A stretch of DNA of 59,478 bases from an uncultured Solibacteraceae bacterium (GTDB lineage: Bacteria; Acidobacteriota; Terriglobia; Bryobacterales; Bryobacteraceae). The stretch lies in assembly GCA_964618435.1 (NCBI GenBank), contig CAZUAX010000002.1:19650-79127 (forward strand), written 5' to 3'. The translations under genes were made by a program, and so were the position numbers. The notes under the pieces are model-generated. The model saw nothing but the letters and a program-made list of their open reading frames with translations. It did no database searches and was not told the origin of the DNA. Positions 55,481 to 59,478 of this stretch are shown here, piece after piece; the first letter of the stretch is position 1, and the number at the start of each line of letters is the position of its first letter.

Positions 55481-57199
55481 CTACGGTTGTATGCCAACCG
55501 GCGCCCCAGCAGCCGGTGGTAAATCGAGAATCTGCTTGTCCTTCAGCATAACGTCACGCAAGCGCGAGTAATTCACCGCCTGAATGTCCTGCCCGCCATC
55601 CAGCGCCATGCTGGCTGCCGTCGCCGCCGATTGGCCCAGCACCATGAATACCGGCTCCATGCGGATGGAGCCAAAGGCAATGTGCGTGGACGACAGGCAG
55701 ACTGGCACCAGCAGATTGTTCACCTGCCCGCGTGTGGGCACAATCGACTGGTAGCTGATCGGGTAAGGCTTGAATCCGCCCACCTGCACGTCACCCTCGT
55801 TGCGCACAAACCCCTCGGCGTCCACATAACGCTGCTGGTTATGGGAATCCATGCCATAGGCGCCCATGCCCACGGAATCCTTCGCAACGTCTCGCGCCTG
55901 CACGTGGTGCTGACTCATCACCACCGCGCTCACCATGCGGCGTGCCTCTCGCACATAGAGCTGAGTGGGAAATCCACCGTTTTCTACGAATTCATCCTTG
56001 GGCCAACCCCATTGGCGGTAGTAGGCACGGATCGCCTCCGGTACCCGCGGATTGTTCTGGACTGTCCACAGATAACCCTTGGTGTAGATTTGATGCCGCT
56101 CGATAATCTGCGCCCTGGCGTGATAGTCCCCCTCAGGGTACAGGTAGTTGGCACCAATATAATCCGTCGAAACCGCGCCATGATTATTGGTGTCCGTCTT
56201 GGCATTGGGAATGGGATCCCACTTGCTCTGGGGCGGATGGTAGTGCCCACTCTCCGCATAGCGCAGCAGCAGTTCATGGTCACGCGCGTCGTAACCCACA
56301 GGCTTCTCCACCGGCAACTGATTGCCCTTGGCGCTCGACATGCACAGCCGGTAGCAGTAGGTCTGGATGCGATGGTCGCCATCACCATCTCTGCCTGGCT
56401 CGCCTGGGTTGATGATGGGAAGCAGCCCACTGGCCTTGTTCCCGGGCTGAATATAGGGCGATACTCTGCAGGCAGGCGGGAACTGGTGCTTGGTAGCCTG
56501 GGCCACCTGCACGCCGTTCAGCGTCTCTCCGTATTGCACATTGGCTTCACGGCCATACGTGTACTTCACCCCGGCCTTCGCCATCAGGTCGCCTTCGTAC
56601 GTGGCGTCAATGAACATGCCGCCAATGTACTCCGTGCCGTCTTCCATGCGGATGGCTTCAATCCATGGCCCCCGCATACCCACACCGCGTCCAGGACGGA
56701 GGTCCAGCCGTTGCTTTAGCAACACCTCAATGCCATGTTCACGCATCAGGTCGCGATAGACCTCCATCGCAATCTTCGGCTCAAAGGTCCACATCGCGTC
56801 CTCGCCCTCGCGGTTGGCGGAACGCTTCTTGGTGTAGTAGTCCTTGCGTGACTCCCACTTCCACATTCCCTCGGGTTCGTACTTGGCCTTGATGCGCTGA
56901 TAGTATTCGCGGGCAATACCACCCACCACTTGCTTGTTTCCGATGTCGGTCCAGCTAAGGCCGCCGGTGGTAAGGCCGCCGATGTGGGTGCCGGGGTCCA
57001 GCACGAGAACGGTCTTGCCCATGCGACGCGCCTGCACGGCGGCGGCTAGCCCGGCGGAGGTAGCGCCATAGATAACGATCTCCGCCATCTTCTGTTGCGC
57101 AGTCAGCTGCTGTGCAGCCATCGTTGCCAGCACAGGCGAGAGCATCCAGCGCAAGCTTTCGCGCCGGGTGATTGTTGAAGGAAATCGGTTCTGCGGCAT
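55481..57199 (-). CDS. FAD-dependent oxidoreductase with a Tat-type signal
   Basis: 572 aa. N-terminus TRRESLRWMLSPVLATMAAQQL. Dinucleotide-binding segment IVIYGATSAGLAAAVQARRMGKTVLVLDPGTHIGGLTTGG. Confidence 0.75.
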   Translation of the reverse strand: MPQNRFPSTITRRESLRWMLSPVLATMAAQQLTAQQKMAEIVIYGATSAGLAAAVQARRMGKTVLVLDPGTHIGGLTTGGLSWTDIGNKQVVGGIAREYYQRIKAKYEPEGMWKWESRKDYYTKKRSANREGEDAMWTFEPKIAMEVYRDLMREHGIEVLLKQRLDLRPGRGVGMRGPWIEAIRMEDGTEYIGGMFIDATYEGDLMAKAGVKYTYGREANVQYGETLNGVQVAQATKHQFPPACRVSPYIQPGNKASGLLPIINPGEPGRDGDGDHRIQTYCYRLCMSSAKGNQLPVEKPVGYDARDHELLLRYAESGHYHPPQSKWDPIPNAKTDTNNHGAVSTDYIGANYLYPEGDYHARAQIIERHQIYTKGYLWTVQNNPRVPEAIRAYYRQWGWPKDEFVENGGFPTQLYVREARRMVSAVVMSQHHVQARDVAKDSVGMGAYGMDSHNQQRYVDAEGFVRNEGDVQVGGFKPYPISYQSIVPTRGQVNNLLVPVCLSSTHIAFGSIRMEPVFMVLGQSAATAASMALDGGQDIQAVNYSRLRDVMLKDKQILDLPPAAGAPVGIQP

Positions 57200-57264
57200 T
57201 GCTAGCGATTATATGCCGTACTGTGACAACCACGGTATCTCAGGCATGTGCCGCTGTTTGCGGT

Positions 57265-58572
57265 CTATCGTGTGGAGGCCTCCATATAGCGGCCCAGCCA
57301 CCAGACCGCCAGCATGGCGACCACAAACATCGCATACTCTACGGGCACGTGCCCAAGCACTATCACCTGCGCCAGCGTCTTTACGGAAGTAACAAGGAAC
57401 GCCGCCCACAGCAGCAACCAAAAGCTACGCGGAACTATCGCCTCCGGGTGAACACGCAGCCTCTCCAGCATTCGGAAGAGCAGCACGGATGCCGCGACGG
57501 CTCCCAGTACGGCAACCCACATCGGCGCCAGTTTCCAATCACCGCCCACGCCCTCCGCCAGATCGAGGAAAAATGCGAATCCTGTCATCGTGATGGCAAT
57601 GTGCCATGCCAGCGCACCTACGTAGAGCGCAATGAACAACAGCACAGCTCCAATCAAGGTGTAGTTGAAGCGGAGATCGACGAAGTACTCAAAGCAGATA
57701 CTGCCCGCAATCGTTACTGCAGTAATGCCCAGCAACGGAGCCCCTCGAAAGGAGGCCTGATACGCTCGCTCAGAGTGATGCGCCGAGAAATGGAGCCGCA
57801 GCGTTTCGCGTTCCTGCCACGCAGCAAGCCCCAATGCCAGCCCGAACAGCAATCCAAAGGTGTACTCCATGCCCTTCCACCATGGCCAGAATCTTGGGTC
57901 GAGCGCGGTGTTGCGCCCTATCGACAGCAGTGCGCCGCCCAAGCCGAAACCCAGCCCACCGCCCACAAAAGAATACCCGGCAAACCGCAGAATGGTGCGG
58001 TTGGCTGGCTTCGCGGCAAACCAAAGCAACAATGCAATGGCCCCAAGCAACAACCCGGCCCACAGCTCTTCCCTGGGACGGTCCAGCCGGTTGGAAAAGT
58101 AAACCAGTTTGGGGGAATTCACGGCTGCCCAGCCCACCCAGGTGCCCAGTACCATCAACCCCAGTCCCGCCAGCATGCGGCTTGGTCTGGCGCGAGAGAG
58201 CGTCAACGCGAGACCCACAACAGCTCCGCCCAGCAACCCCCACACCGCGCCCTTTAAGGAAAGGCCAAGCAGACCCCAGCCTACGGTGTTCAGGTCAGAT
58301 GCCAGGCCGACTGTCTGCCCGTAGGTCATCTGGCCACCGAAGCCGATGCCCACTGCACCAAATGCGGCCACCGCACCGATGCCGGGGTCGCGCCGCCCAA
58401 GCAGCCAAAGCAGGCTTAACGCCACCAGCGCACCAGGAATCATGGCGCCCAGCGGCCCCCCGCCAATGAAGCCACGAAAGGCCCAGCCTAAGGACATCAC
58501 TACAGCGGGAAAGGTCAGGAAGAGCCACTTGGGATGGAAGGACTGTGTGCTATCGATCATGCAGTAGCCCAT
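57265..58572 (-). CDS. polytopic membrane protein of unknown family (Gly/Leu/Trp-rich, ~11-12 TM)
   Basis: 435 aa, with hydrophobic helices throughout (GWAFRGFIGGGPLGAMIPGALVALSLLWLL and others). No transporter signature recognised. The start may instead be at 58560. Confidence 0.6.
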   Translation of the reverse strand: MGYCMIDSTQSFHPKWLFLTFPAVVMSLGWAFRGFIGGGPLGAMIPGALVALSLLWLLGRRDPGIGAVAAFGAVGIGFGGQMTYGQTVGLASDLNTVGWGLLGLSLKGAVWGLLGGAVVGLALTLSRARPSRMLAGLGLMVLGTWVGWAAVNSPKLVYFSNRLDRPREELWAGLLLGAIALLLWFAAKPANRTILRFAGYSFVGGGLGFGLGGALLSIGRNTALDPRFWPWWKGMEYTFGLLFGLALGLAAWQERETLRLHFSAHHSERAYQASFRGAPLLGITAVTIAGSICFEYFVDLRFNYTLIGAVLLFIALYVGALAWHIAITMTGFAFFLDLAEGVGGDWKLAPMWVAVLGAVAASVLLFRMLERLRVHPEAIVPRSFWLLLWAAFLVTSVKTLAQVIVLGHVPVEYAMFVVAMLAVWWLGRYMEASTR

Positions 58573-58711
58573 TACACCATCAACTCAGGACGAGCGCTCA
58601 ACTCAATACGGGCAACGGAGCGTTTTGTCGCCGCGCCTCCATTTGCGTCTATACTCACACGGCTTGCGGAGTGCTGGCACAGAGGGTCTCCGCTCCGATA
58701 CCCTATCTTCC

Positions 58712-59478
58712 ATGCGCGATTATTCCGAGGTACACCACCTGGTGGGCAGCCTGTTTTCCTGGCCTGGTACGGCAGAGGCATGGGATGCCTTCCGGCTAAC
58801 CGGCGAACAACTCGCCCACTTCCACCAGCATGGCTACGTTGCTGGCCTGCGGCTGCTGGACGATACTCAAATTGCCGTCCTCCGCGACGCAATGCAGCGT
58901 CTGATTGACCCCGCTCATCCTGGACACTCACTCTTCTACGAGTTCCATTCCAACGAGTCACACGACCCTGGCACCGTGCTCTTCCATGCCCTTGGCGCAT
59001 GGCGGGTGGAAGAGGCCTTCCATGACATTCTGTGGAACCCGGCCTTCCTGATGCCCGCAGCCCAACTTCTGGAGGGACCCGTACGCTTCTGGCACGACCA
59101 ACTCTTCTCAAAGCCAGCCAATCATGGAGGCGTGGTGGCGTGGCACCAGGACTACTCCTACTGGACGCGGACGCAACCCATGTCGCATCTCACCTGCTGG
59201 ATTGGCTTGGACGATAGCACCACAGAGAACGGCTGCCTGCAATACATCCCGGGCAGCCATCGCTGGAATCTGCTCCCCATCACCGGACTAACAGGCAACA
59301 TGGACGAGATCAAGACTGTTCTGAATGATGAGCAGCGTTTGCAGTTCCAGCCAGTGCCCGTGGAACTGCGGGCTGGGGAGTGCGCCTTCCATCATCCCCT
59401 GCTGGTGCATGGGTCCTACGAAAACCGGTCGCCACGCCCGCGCCGCGCCGCGGTGCTCAACGTGTTCCGTGATGGCGT
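58712..59478 (+). CDS. phytanoyl-CoA dioxygenase (PhyH) family Fe(II)/2-oxoglutarate oxygenase, 3'-truncated by the window edge
   Basis: Not in the ORF track because it has no stop. I read frame 2 by hand from the ATG at 58712 to the end with no stop codon. Motifs: WHQDYSYW (HxD iron ligands), ENGCLQYIPGSHRW, and AFHHPLLVHGS (distal His). The start codon is uncertain (no obvious SD; upstream TTG candidates exist). Confidence 0.75.
   Translation, partial: MRDYSEVHHLVGSLFSWPGTAEAWDAFRLTGEQLAHFHQHGYVAGLRLLDDTQIAVLRDAMQRLIDPAHPGHSLFYEFHSNESHDPGTVLFHALGAWRVEEAFHDILWNPAFLMPAAQLLEGPVRFWHDQLFSKPANHGGVVAWHQDYSYWTRTQPMSHLTCWIGLDDSTTENGCLQYIPGSHRWNLLPITGLTGNMDEIKTVLNDEQRLQFQPVPVELRAGECAFHHPLLVHGSYENRSPRPRRAAVLNVFRDG

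Noticed and set aside
55631-58257. Two ~360-aa plus-strand ORFs (55631..56719 and 57172..58257) antisense to the FAD oxidoreductase and membrane-protein genes.
   Set aside because: Both lie fully inside better-supported minus-strand genes and have His/Arg/Gln/Pro-rich unprotein-like sequences. They are shadow ORFs.

Overview
This is a 59.5-kb, GC-rich bacterial chromosomal segment. Its gene content looks Acidobacteriota-like. That is inference only, based on a ~1150-aa TonB-dependent receptor with a carboxypeptidase-regulatory-like N-terminus, a beta-propeller/phosphoesterase fusion, and several Tat-exported or secreted enzymes. I call 45 protein-coding genes (one runs off the right edge and is absent from the ORF track), one decayed aquaporin Z pseudogene, one tRNA-Val(CAC), a few terminator-like hairpins and three short repeat or palindrome sites. 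I found no transposase, integrase, phage gene, CRISPR array or rRNA, so this does not look like a mobile island. Recognisable blocks: Gfo/Idh/MocA oxidoreductase; a two-module U32 protein plus NUDIX; a TetR-OMF-MFP-RND efflux operon; DUF485-ActP; M23 peptidase; a Tat-signal class V PLP enzyme; PlsC; MATE; photolyase/cryptochrome; UxaC; GlgC; LolA-like and FmdB zinc ribbon; TonB-dependent receptor; DUF3365 haem protein; SYLF protein; GH57-like protein; propeller-phosphoesterase; NadE; methyltransferase; PfkB kinase; PhyH dioxygenase. Four loci deserve a second look. (1) A five-gene partner-switching operon (20445..28060) has three SpoIIE/PP2C-type proteins, a STAS antagonist and an RsbW-type kinase, but no sigma factor anywhere in the window. 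One of the two large membrane paralogues has lost catalytic-motif aspartates and looks like a pseudophosphatase. (2) A tightly packed type IV pilus / type II secretion-like assembly operon (32735..40569) has no secretin, no prepilin peptidase and no canonical pilin. It ends in an atypical low-complexity pseudopilin-like protein. (3) A three-gene module (54879..58572) encodes an unclassifiable polytopic membrane protein, a Tat-signal FAD oxidoreductase and a small secreted protein. (4) A cryptochrome/photolyase gene sits directly upstream of, and co-oriented with, the partner-switching operon. All family assignments come from reading motifs by eye. No database search was run.
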